The notes under the pieces: generated by a model
The model's database searches: none
The model's input: only the letters and a program-made list of their open reading frames with translations
What the model was told of the DNA's origin: nothing
Assembly: GCA_039715015.1 (NCBI GenBank)
Contig: JBDLIE010000019.1
Coordinates: 1-50,515 of the forward strand
Length of the DNA: 50,515 nt
From: Thermodesulfobacteriota bacterium
GTDB taxonomy: Bacteria; Desulfobacterota; Desulfobulbia; Desulfobulbales; SURF-16
Direction of reading: 5' to 3'
Part shown: positions 29,593-38,223 of the stretch, piece after piece
Layout of the letters: each line of letters starts with the position of its first letter
How positions within the stretch are numbered: the stretch's first letter is position 1
Position numbers and translations under genes: made by a program

Positions 29593-30939
29593 ATGCCGAA
29601 AGCACTCCTGATCCACGCCACTGATCCAAATTTTAGCGGAGCAGAACAACCCCCAACACCTTTTCCTGTTTTAGGGATTACCACCCTGGCCGCATTGTTC
29701 CCTGATCATTGGCAGTTGGAGTTAATTGACGAGAATTTTAAACAGGCTGACACCAGCAAAGATGCTGACCTGGTTCTCATTTCCACCCTAACCCTTAATG
29801 CGCCCCATGCCTACGAACTGGCAGCAGCATTTAAAAAACGAAATATGCCCATTCTTATGGGAGGCATGCATCCCAGTGCCTGCCCTGATGAGGCAATCAA
29901 ACATTGCGATGCCTTGATTATCGGCGAAGCAGAAGGGGTCTTTCGTGCAGTTTTAAAGGATTTTGAGGCCGGCAAAATGGCCGGCATCTACAGAGGGTCC
30001 AATGTAGACCTCGCCAATGTCCCTAATCCTCGCCTTGAGTACTTACCTGCCAAACATTTTAAGACCCTGGGACCAGTCCAGGCCACCAGAGGGTGCCCCT
30101 ATGACTGCGATTTTTGCTCAGTCACCACCTTCTTTGGCCATAAATACCGCCTGCGTCCGGTGGAAGCAGTTATCAAGGATGTAAAAGCTGTCTTAAAAAG
30201 GACCCGGTCCAATATTATCTTCTTTGTTGATGATAATATTGCCGGCAATCCGGTCTATGCAAAGAAGCTATTTAAGGCACTTACCCCTCTTAAAATTCGC
30301 TGGGGAAGTTTTGCCTCGATCACCATGTCCAATGACCTCGAGTTAATGAGACTTGCCGAACAATCGGGATGTATTCAACTTTTCATTGGTTTTGAGTCCA
30401 TCCAGCAGCAGAACCTGGACAACTCCCATAAAAAATGGGTTCAGGTTGAGAAGATGAAAGACCATATCAAGGTCTTCCATGACCATGGGGTGATTATTGA
30501 AGGCTCATTCGTCTTTGGCCATGATCAAGAAAGAAAGGATATCTTTGCCCGCACCGCCGAGTTTATTCAGGAAAATGGCATCCAGGTTCCGGTCTTCGGC
30601 GTTTTAACGCCCTACCCCTCCACCCGGCTGCGGAAACGCCTTGAAGAGGCCGGCCGTCTTCTACCTGCCGCCGCTGACTGGCGCCTCTACGATGCTAGCC
30701 ATGTCCTCTTTCAGCCAATGCACATGAGCCCAGAGGAACTGGAAGAGGGTCTTCTTTGGATAAAGAAATATTGCGGTTCTCCAACTTCCATTTTCAAACG
30801 TGTCTTTAAAGGACCTCGTAAAAATAGCCTTATGGCCTTAGGCATCAACTTCTCTATGTATAGAGGCCGCATGCGCCAAATAAATGAACAATGGCCCAGG
30901 AAAACAAAAGGGCCCCTCATCCGCCCCGGCACGTGGTGA
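29593..30939 (+). CDS. B12-binding domain radical SAM protein
   Basis: GGMHPS in the cobalamin-binding domain, IGEAE, TRGCPYDCDFC (CxxxCxxC), FVDDN, GFES. Confidence 0.9.
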   Translation: MPKALLIHATDPNFSGAEQPPTPFPVLGITTLAALFPDHWQLELIDENFKQADTSKDADLVLISTLTLNAPHAYELAAAFKKRNMPILMGGMHPSACPDEAIKHCDALIIGEAEGVFRAVLKDFEAGKMAGIYRGSNVDLANVPNPRLEYLPAKHFKTLGPVQATRGCPYDCDFCSVTTFFGHKYRLRPVEAVIKDVKAVLKRTRSNIIFFVDDNIAGNPVYAKKLFKALTPLKIRWGSFASITMSNDLELMRLAEQSGCIQLFIGFESIQQQNLDNSHKKWVQVEKMKDHIKVFHDHGVIIEGSFVFGHDQERKDIFARTAEFIQENGIQVPVFGVLTPYPSTRLRKRLEEAGRLLPAAADWRLYDASHVLFQPMHMSPEELEEGLLWIKKYCGSPTSIFKRVFKGPRKNSLMALGINFSMYRGRMRQINEQWPRKTKGPLIRPGTW

Positions 30940-31143
30940 TATTTTTTCAAGACAAGCAGCTTTTTCAACTTCTTTTTTGACCTCTCTGCCGCTCCTGCCA
31001 CCTGAAATCCATGCAAAAGTCTACCTTGGGCGTTGACCGGCATTTGGGAGGCAAGGTCTTTGTTAAATCCTGAGAAAAATGTAAAGTTGTTCCCCTCTAT
31101 TCTAATGCGTAACTTTTAAGGTAATGGCAACCAGGCGAAAATA

Positions 31144-31965
31144 GTGGCGAAAAAGAAGAAAAGAAAACCCCTCCCCACCCTCTCCAAAGGCGTGCATCTC
31201 GTTGACAGCCATTGTCATCTTGACATGGCTCCGTATGGGGACGATTGCCCTGAAGTCATTGCCAGATCGCAGACTGCAGGTGTTCGGACCATCTTTACCA
31301 TTGGCATTGACCTCGAAAGCTCTCAGGCAGCAGTAGAACTTGCAGTACAGCATGAAAACATTTACGCCACTGTGGGGATTCATCCTCACCACGCCTTGGA
31401 GGCCGGCCCGGAAGCCTATGGGACTCTGGCCAAACTGGCTGCCCAGCCCAAGGTGATCGGCTTTGGCGAAATCGGCATTGACCTTTTCAAAGACTATGCC
31501 CCAGTGGATGTCCAGATAAAGGCCTTTAGGGGCCAGCTTGATCTTGCCAACAAGCTCGAACTTCCAGTCATCATCCATGACCGCGATGCCCATGATGAAA
31601 TTCTCCAGATCCTTGAGGAGTGTGGCCCCTTCCCAGCCGGCGGCGTCATCCACTGTTTCTCAGGAGACAAAGAGGTGGCCCGGCGCTTTCTTGACCTTGG
31701 CTTTTATCTTTCCATTCCAGGTGTTGTGACCTTTAAAAAGGCACTTGAACTCCAAGAAGCTGCTGCCTTTATCCCCTTAGAGAAAATGCTCGTTGAAACA
31801 GACGGCCCCTTCCTGGCCCCGGAACCCTGGCGGGGAAAACGAAATGAACCAGCCTACACCCTCTATACAGCTGAAAAGATTGCTGAGCTCAAGGGTGTCA
31901 CTCTTGATACGGTCGCCCGGCAGACCACTAAAAACATTGAAGCCCTTTTCAAAATTAACCTCTAA
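31144..31965 (+). CDS. tatD: TatD family DNase
   Basis: DSHCHL, GIHPH, GEIGID, IHDRDA, IHCFSG, ETDGPFLAP. Confidence 0.93.
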   Translation: MAKKKKRKPLPTLSKGVHLVDSHCHLDMAPYGDDCPEVIARSQTAGVRTIFTIGIDLESSQAAVELAVQHENIYATVGIHPHHALEAGPEAYGTLAKLAAQPKVIGFGEIGIDLFKDYAPVDVQIKAFRGQLDLANKLELPVIIHDRDAHDEILQILEECGPFPAGGVIHCFSGDKEVARRFLDLGFYLSIPGVVTFKKALELQEAAAFIPLEKMLVETDGPFLAPEPWRGKRNEPAYTLYTAEKIAELKGVTLDTVARQTTKNIEALFKINL

Positions 31966-31983
31966 GCTTATTTTTTTGTTTCC

Positions 31984-32667
31984 ATGATCAAAGAAAACCT
32001 CGCCACCATCCATAATCGCATCGCGGCTGCTGCAGACAAGGCAGGCCGCCAAGCTGATGAAATTACCCTTATTGCCGTCTCCAAACGCAAATCTGTAGAG
32101 ATGATCAAAGAGGCCATTGAGGCGGGCCAGGGAGATTTTGGTGAAAATTATCTGCAGGAAGCAAAGGAGAAAATTACTGAGCTTGGTGGGCAGGCCCGTT
32201 TCCATTTCATAGGCTCGCTCCAGTCCAACAAGGCAAAGGATGCCGCCGCCCTTTGCGACATGATTCATACTGTGGACAGGCTCAAGCTGGGCAAGGAATT
32301 AAACAAACATGCCAAGGCTGCAGGCAAAATATTACCAGCCCTTATCCAGGTCAATGTCGGCAGAGACGAGCAAAAAAGCGGAGTAGTTCCCGAAAATGCC
32401 GAGGAGCTGGCAGGACAGCTCCAGGAATTGACCAACCTGGAAATTCGCGGCCTGATGACCATGCCACCATACAAGACCAATCCAGAAGAGGTCCGTCCCT
32501 ATTTTGCAGAGCTCAGGCGATTAGGTGAAGCATTGCAACAGAAAGGCCTTATCGCCACGAACTGTGCACTGGAACTGTCCATGGGTATGTCTGGTGACTT
32601 CGAGATTGCCATTGCTGAAGGTGCCACCATGGTCAGAGTTGGCACGGCCATTTTTGGAGCCCGCTAA
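31984..32667 (+). CDS. yggS: YggS/PLPBP pyridoxal phosphate homeostasis protein
   Basis: AVSK, FGENYLQE, HFIGSLQSNK, LSMGMSGDF, VRVGTAIFG. Confidence 0.95.
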   Translation: MIKENLATIHNRIAAAADKAGRQADEITLIAVSKRKSVEMIKEAIEAGQGDFGENYLQEAKEKITELGGQARFHFIGSLQSNKAKDAAALCDMIHTVDRLKLGKELNKHAKAAGKILPALIQVNVGRDEQKSGVVPENAEELAGQLQELTNLEIRGLMTMPPYKTNPEEVRPYFAELRRLGEALQQKGLIATNCALELSMGMSGDFEIAIAEGATMVRVGTAIFGAR

Positions 32668-32722
32668 CACCACAGGTCGTCACCCTCCACGTCTTACCCA
32701 AAAGAGACTTCCTTAAAGCTCG

Positions 32723-35700
32723 TTAAGAAGCCTTCTTCTGCCAGCCATTACCCTTCTTGCCCTGCATTAACTCCGCCTGCTTCTTCTGATAACTAATGGC
32801 AGCAGGGCCGAGAATTTTTCCCACTCCGCTACTAAAACTGTGGCTGGGCATGATGGTAAGATCCTTCTGGATCTCAACATCCGCCTCCCCTCGTCCTTCA
32901 AAATGAAGAACCAGTGATACCGGACAGGAGCCATGATGTTTATGGATAACGGTCTTCAACTCTTCTAGTTTCTGGCGGCTGATCTTTTCAGAATGGAGAA
33001 GAATCCGGGCACCTGTCGTATAACGCTCAAGGGCGGTGGCCAGGCTGACCACCTCATCTGCCAGGATCTTCGCCCCCCCCTCTTCCTCCTTCTGCACCTG
33101 GCCCTGAATAACAATGGGTTCATCAGAGTTGAGAAGGTGGGAGCACTGGGCATAGGTCGTGGGGAATACAACAACCTCCACATCGCCAGTGACATCTTCC
33201 AGAGTAAGAAAGGCCATGGGATCTCCCTTTTTACTCTTGTGATTCTTCATGGCCTTAATGAGCCCCCCGACCCTTCCGGCTGTACCATCTCCCTTCTTGT
33301 CAAGATCCTCAATGGCGCATTCAGTGGCATTGGCAAGCTCTTCCTTAAAATTATCCAGAGGATGACCGGTGATATAAAAACCCACGGTCTCCTTTTCAAA
33401 GGCAAGGCGCTGGCGATCTTCCCACTCCGGGACATCAGGCAGGGGAATTTCTGTGGCCTTCTCGGTGGTACCACTGGCCATGGCGCTAAAAAGCGAGATC
33501 TGGCCGCTTTCGCGATCACGCTGGGCGGCCTGGGCCTGTTCCATGGCCTGGTCAATGATGGCATATATCTGTGAGCGCCTGCCTCCCAAGGTGTCAAAGG
33601 CTCCGGCCTTTACCAGACTTTCAATAACCCTCTTGTTGACCTTGCGGGAATCAACCCGAGTACAAAAATCACCTAAAGATTTATAGGGTCCATCTTCATC
33701 CCGGACCTCAATGATGGAGTCGAGGGCCGCACCGCCGACATTCTTCACTGCGGCTAGACCAAAGCGAATATCTCCCTTGATAACGGTGAAATCCTTATCA
33801 CTTTCATTGATATCAGAGGGCAGGACATCAATGCCATGGTCCTGGCTCTCCTGGATATAACGCACCACCTTATCGGTATTATTGACGTCACAGGAGAGCA
33901 AGGCCGCCATAAACTCAGCCGGGTAATGGGCCTTCAGATAAGCTGTCTGGTAGGAGATAAGGGCATAGGCCGCCGAGTGGGACTTATTAAAGCCGTATCC
34001 GGCAAATTTCGCCATTAAGTCAAAGACATACTCTGCCTTCTTGAGATCAACGGCCAGCTTCTTGGCGCCGCCCATGAACTTGGTGCGCTCCTCCTCCATG
34101 ACCTCGGGGATCTTCTTACCCATGGCGCGCCGCAGGTTATCGGCATCACCCAGGGAATAGTCGGCCAGAACATTGGCAATCTTCATTACCTGCTCTTGAT
34201 AGACGATGACGCCATAGGTCTCTTCCAGGATGGGCTCGAGCTGGGGCAAAGGGTAGGAGGCCACCATGCGGCCATGCTTGGTATTAACAAAATCATCCAC
34301 CATGCCGCTTTCCAGGGGGCCGGGACGATAGAGGGCAACAAGGGCAATGAGGTCGGAGAATTGCTCCGGCTTCATCTTCATCAATAACTGGCGCATACCT
34401 GAGCTTTCAAGCTGGAAGACGCCCAGGGCATCACCACGGACCAGAAGATCATAGGTCTTTGGGTCATCCATGGGGATCTTGGCTATATCCAGATCAATAT
34501 CCAGCCCTTTTTTGATGATCTTCAGGGCCCGATCAATCACAGTGAGGGTCTTGAGGCCAAGGAAATCGAACTTAATCAGGCCGGTTTTCTCGGTGAATTT
34601 CATGTCATACTGGGTGAGCACCTCGCCCTTGGGGCCCTTGCAGACCGGCAGATACTCCACCATGGGCTCCGGCGAGATCACCACCCCGGCGGCATGGATT
34701 GAGGTATGTCGCTGCAAGCCTTCCAGGGTCATGCCAATATCAAGGAGCTGCTTGACCTGATCATCATGGCTGTAGAGGTCCTTGAGGCGCGGCTCATCAA
34801 CCAGGGCCTTCTTCAGGGTCATCCCTAAATCGTCAGGGATGAGCTTGGCCACCCGATCGACATCGGAAAAAGTCATCCCCAGTGCCCTACCGACATCACG
34901 GATGACGCCTTTGGCCTTCATGGAACCATAGGTGATGATCTGGCAGACATTGGTATCACCGCCATATTTATCATGGACGTATTTGATAACCTCGCCGCGC
35001 CGTTCCTGACAGAAGTCCACATCAAAATCGGGCATGGACTGGCGCTCGACATTCAAGAAGCGCTCAAAGATCAGGCCATATTTGATCGGATCAATATCAG
35101 TGATGCCCATGGAAAAGGCGACCAGGGACCCTGCCCCGGAACCACGGCCTGGCCCCACCGGGATATCATTGTCCTTGGCCCAGTTGATAAAGTCGGCAAC
35201 AATGAGAAAATAGCCCGGAAAACCCATGGTCTTGATAACATCAAGCTCCATTTCAAGGCGCTTACGATAGGTCTCTTCGAGCTCCGGACTGACATCCTCC
35301 ATAGACCGAATAATCGCAAAACGTTCTTTGAAACCTTTACGGGTAAGATCATCAAACATGGAGTCAAGGCTTTCCCCTTCTGGCACCTCGAAATTGGGGA
35401 AATAATGATTACCGAACTCTATCTCCAGGTTACAACGCTCGGCAATCTTTACCGTGTTTTCCAAAGCCTCAGGACAATAGGAAAAGGCCTGCCGCATCTC
35501 ATCAGGCGACTTGAAATAGAGCTCATCCGTGGAAAAACGAAAACGATTGCTATCCTGCAGGGTCTTGCCGGTCTGGATACAGAGGAGTAACTCGTGGGCA
35601 GCAGCCTCTTCGCGATTCAGATAATGGCAATCATTGGTGGCGACCAGCGGCACATCAATCTCCTTGGCTAGCTGCATCAAGCCCTTGTTGACCACGTCCT

Positions 35701-36271
35701 GCTCGGGGATATGGTTTTCCTGCATCTCAAAATAGAGGCGATCTCCAAAAATGCGTTTGAGGTCCAAGGCCTTCTGGCGGGCCAGATCCATATTATTTTC
35801 TTTGGCGATGAGATAGGGAATCTCGCCGTGGAGACAGGCGGTGAGGGCTATAAGACCATCGCTATGGGCCTCAAGGATCTCTTTATCTATACGGGGTTTA
35901 TAATGAAACCCCTCAAGCTGGGCGATGGAGGCCAGCTTGAGCAAATTCTTATAGCCGGCATGGTTCATGGCCAGAAGAACGATATGGAAAGCGGCCCGTC
36001 CGGCGCTCTTGGCCTTCTTTTTAAAACGGGAATCAGGGGCAATATAAAACTCGCAGCCGACAATGGGCTTAAGACCTTTAGCCTTGGCCTTGACATAGAA
36101 CTCCAACGCCCCAAACATGGCACCATGATCGGTAAGGGTAACCGTATCCATGCCGTACTCTTTACACTTGTCAAAAAGGTCCGCCAGGCGGATGGCGCCG
36201 TCCAGCAGACTATACTGACTATGGACATGGAGGTGGACGAAATTGGCCGGGGTGATCTGTTGTTCTTCCAT
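32723..36271 (-). CDS. dnaE: DNA polymerase III alpha subunit
   Basis: PHP domain FVHLHVHSQYSLLDG, GRGSGAGS, MPDFDVDF, KFDFLGL, FNKSH; 1182 aa with no intein-sized insertion. Confidence 0.98.
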   Translation of the reverse strand: MEEQQITPANFVHLHVHSQYSLLDGAIRLADLFDKCKEYGMDTVTLTDHGAMFGALEFYVKAKAKGLKPIVGCEFYIAPDSRFKKKAKSAGRAAFHIVLLAMNHAGYKNLLKLASIAQLEGFHYKPRIDKEILEAHSDGLIALTACLHGEIPYLIAKENNMDLARQKALDLKRIFGDRLYFEMQENHIPEQDVVNKGLMQLAKEIDVPLVATNDCHYLNREEAAAHELLLCIQTGKTLQDSNRFRFSTDELYFKSPDEMRQAFSYCPEALENTVKIAERCNLEIEFGNHYFPNFEVPEGESLDSMFDDLTRKGFKERFAIIRSMEDVSPELEETYRKRLEMELDVIKTMGFPGYFLIVADFINWAKDNDIPVGPGRGSGAGSLVAFSMGITDIDPIKYGLIFERFLNVERQSMPDFDVDFCQERRGEVIKYVHDKYGGDTNVCQIITYGSMKAKGVIRDVGRALGMTFSDVDRVAKLIPDDLGMTLKKALVDEPRLKDLYSHDDQVKQLLDIGMTLEGLQRHTSIHAAGVVISPEPMVEYLPVCKGPKGEVLTQYDMKFTEKTGLIKFDFLGLKTLTVIDRALKIIKKGLDIDLDIAKIPMDDPKTYDLLVRGDALGVFQLESSGMRQLLMKMKPEQFSDLIALVALYRPGPLESGMVDDFVNTKHGRMVASYPLPQLEPILEETYGVIVYQEQVMKIANVLADYSLGDADNLRRAMGKKIPEVMEEERTKFMGGAKKLAVDLKKAEYVFDLMAKFAGYGFNKSHSAAYALISYQTAYLKAHYPAEFMAALLSCDVNNTDKVVRYIQESQDHGIDVLPSDINESDKDFTVIKGDIRFGLAAVKNVGGAALDSIIEVRDEDGPYKSLGDFCTRVDSRKVNKRVIESLVKAGAFDTLGGRRSQIYAIIDQAMEQAQAAQRDRESGQISLFSAMASGTTEKATEIPLPDVPEWEDRQRLAFEKETVGFYITGHPLDNFKEELANATECAIEDLDKKGDGTAGRVGGLIKAMKNHKSKKGDPMAFLTLEDVTGDVEVVVFPTTYAQCSHLLNSDEPIVIQGQVQKEEEGGAKILADEVVSLATALERYTTGARILLHSEKISRQKLEELKTVIHKHHGSCPVSLVLHFEGRGEADVEIQKDLTIMPSHSFSSGVGKILGPAAISYQKKQAELMQGKKGNGWQKKAS

Positions 36272-36330
36272 TTCTTAGAAACCGGAGTGAGTTATAAAAT
36301 TTAACAAAGGAAAAGAGACATCTGTTTTGG

Positions 36331-36408
36331 GTAAGAGCCCACCCCTGTGGGCGATAATAAACTATGGTCAGGTAATCAAACGAATCGCCCACAGGGGTGG
36401 GCTCCTAG
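36331..36408. repeat. REPIN-like doublet of GTAG-family REP sequences
   Basis: Perfect 21-bp inverted repeat GAGCCCACCCCTGTGGGCGAT (36335-36355 / 36384-36404); each arm has an internal GCCCAC/GTGGGC hairpin; ends read GTAA and CTAG, one change each from GTAG. Confidence 0.85.
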
Positions 36409-37214
36409 ATCTCCACAAGGGCCTCGGGCATAAAACCAACCCTATCCATGAAGTAAAGGCCTGTTTCAATGCCTCCGGCATGATGGGCCTCCAGGGTAAC
36501 CAAGGGCTTAAGTTTCTCTTTGCTGAGAAAAGCGAAAAAATCTTCAAAATCGAAAAGACCTTCTCCAAGGCCCAGGTGGAGGTCAAGGTCGCCATTATTA
36601 TCATGGAGGTGCAGTTGCCCCAACCAAGGCGACATCTCAGGCAACCAGTCCTGCCAACGGCTCTTAGCAAAGGCCATAACATGACCAACATCCATACAAT
36701 AACGGGCGTAGGGAGAATCAAGCGCCGCCAAAACACGCCTCAAATGGTGGGGACCATGTTCATAGGTGTTTTCCAGCATCAGCGGCGTTTTCCGGCTTGA
36801 GGCAGTTTCAAGGAGCTGCTGCCAGGCCTCTAAGGAGTATTTGAACCACTCCTCCTCTTTATAGCCGTGCTTATTGGCCTCAAAACCTAGATGACAGACC
36901 ACTGAGGCAGGCCTGAAGATGTCGATAAGGTCAAAGGCCTTCTGGAGCTTATAACGGCTCAAGCGTCTAATATAAGGATCGAGACTGCCGGGGTAGAGTT
37001 CAAAAAAAGGAGCATGCAGGGTGCATCTGAGGCCAGCCTTGAGCAGGCGTTGGGCAACTAAAGAAAAATCTTCCTCACTCTCGTCATACAAAACCGTGCC
37101 TTCGAGACCGATCTCAGGTTGGAGTCCCTGGTCGATTATAGAGTCAATATCCTCTTTAAGACGCAAAAAAGGGACAGAGACAAAGCAACGTTTTTTGAGT
37201 TCGGAAAATGCCAT
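36405..37214 (-). CDS. Sugar phosphate isomerase/epimerase (xylose isomerase-like TIM barrel)
   Basis: LHAPF, LENT, CMDVGH, LHLHDNNG, TLEAH metal-binding motifs. Confidence 0.85.
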   Translation of the reverse strand: MAFSELKKRCFVSVPFLRLKEDIDSIIDQGLQPEIGLEGTVLYDESEEDFSLVAQRLLKAGLRCTLHAPFFELYPGSLDPYIRRLSRYKLQKAFDLIDIFRPASVVCHLGFEANKHGYKEEEWFKYSLEAWQQLLETASSRKTPLMLENTYEHGPHHLRRVLAALDSPYARYCMDVGHVMAFAKSRWQDWLPEMSPWLGQLHLHDNNGDLDLHLGLGEGLFDFEDFFAFLSKEKLKPLVTLEAHHAGGIETGLYFMDRVGFMPEALVEI

Positions 37215-37266
37215 ACAGTAAAATAATGGCTATGGGTTACTGAAAAAGGGCTGATGAGTGAAGCGT

Positions 37267-37437
37267 TTAATCTTCCAGGGGCTTTGCTTCATCGATCAAC
37301 ATGATGGGGATATCATCCTTGATTTCATAGACAAGCTTACAGCTCAGGCAGATCAAACCGTCGCCCTTGTCATTGAGAGAAACCGGCCCTTTACATTTAG
37401 GGCAGGCAAGAATATCGAGTAGTTCTTTTTTTATCAC
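37267..37437 (-). CDS. Trm112/YcaR-like small protein (GTG start)
   Basis: LLDILACPKCKG...C..C...YEIKDDIPIML; RBS AAGGAG upstream of GTG at 37437. Confidence 0.9.
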   Translation of the reverse strand: MIKKELLDILACPKCKGPVSLNDKGDGLICLSCKLVYEIKDDIPIMLIDEAKPLED

Positions 37438-37511
37438 AGGCTGTCTCCTTACCAAGAGAAAGAAGCGTCGATGTTGTAGTTAAAAAACAAATTTACCAGC
37501 TTGGAATTAAG

Positions 37512-37805
37512 CTAGCTATAAATAAAAACATAGGTGTCGTCGTTAATACTTATCCGGTAACGACCTCCATGATTTTTGCCATAAATTTCCCAGGCAGGGC
37601 CATCCGTAATTTCACATTTACAACAGGACGGTGAAAATTTCCCGGTGGTCTTATCAAACCAGGACATCAGCATGGGGTCTCCGCCATCACGGCTGGCAAT
37701 GGCATATGCCAGGTCTCGGGCGAGATCCCAGTCAAGATCCGCTCCCTCAACAGAAAGTGTGATTTTTTTCATACCTGGCCCGTTTATGGGAATAATTTCC
37801 GCCAT
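37512..37805 (-). CDS. AF1514-family (DUF5619-like) small protein
   Basis: Recalled family pattern: PMLMSWFD..G.FSP.CC....PAWEIYG.NHGG..ISIN; RBS GGAGGAG. Confidence 0.7.
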   Translation of the reverse strand: MAEIIPINGPGMKKITLSVEGADLDWDLARDLAYAIASRDGGDPMLMSWFDKTTGKFSPSCCKCEITDGPAWEIYGKNHGGRYRISINDDTYVFIYS

Positions 37806-37968
37806 GATCTCTCCTCCTCCTGAAAAAGGCAGCTAAAAAAATACCACTAACCATCTCACCCAGCGCTTGTCCATAAAAAATCTTCATTAATGAACACCTT
37901 AGAAATTTCAAGCCGTTTACCGATTCCGTTCGCAACACGTTAAAGAAGGCCACCTCAAAAGAAAATCC

Positions 37969-38077
37969 GATCACCATCGAACTTCAGCCAAACATTGCCC
38001 ATCTCCTGCACATGGTTGCATGAATGCCGGGCTCCTACAAATCGTGTCACAAAAATGGCTGAAGATGAGTGGTAATC
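37969..38077. repeat. Short MITE/REP-like element with imperfect terminal inverted repeats
   Basis: Left GATCACCATCGAACTTCAGCCA versus reverse complement of the right end GATTACCACTCATCTTCAGCCA; internal GTAGGAGCCC on the minus strand (38029-38038); partial copy at 15365. Confidence 0.65.
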
Positions 38078-38080
38078 AGA

Positions 38081-38119
38081 ATAGAAAATGGAAGTAACGC
38101 ATAAGCGCCACTTCCATTT
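38081..38119 (-). terminator. Rho-independent terminator downstream of the rhodanese selenoprotein gene
   Basis: Minus strand reads AAATGGAAGTGGCGC-TTAT-GCGTTACTTCCATTT followed by TCTATT; two G-U pairs form only on this strand. Confidence 0.7.
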
Positions 38120-38223
38120 CAAGATTAAATATTATGAAGAGAAGCAAGAATCTGCCAGACAGAAAAGGAGGTTGATCAAAAGAACATCTTGATCATTTGA
38201 GCCTGGCAGATTCTTAACATTTA

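Noticed and set aside
30937..30990. Possible Sec read-through of the TGA ending the radical SAM gene
   Set aside because: The domain is complete, and the downstream sequence is T-rich with no protein-like continuation or suitable hairpin.
32723..36271. Intein or split in dnaE
   Set aside because: Length and motif order are normal, and no intein-like insertion is visible.
36327..36800. 157-aa plus-strand and 122-aa minus-strand ORFs both containing SPPLWAI
   Set aside because: The shared peptide comes from translating the two arms of the REP palindrome; both overlap the real TIM-barrel gene.
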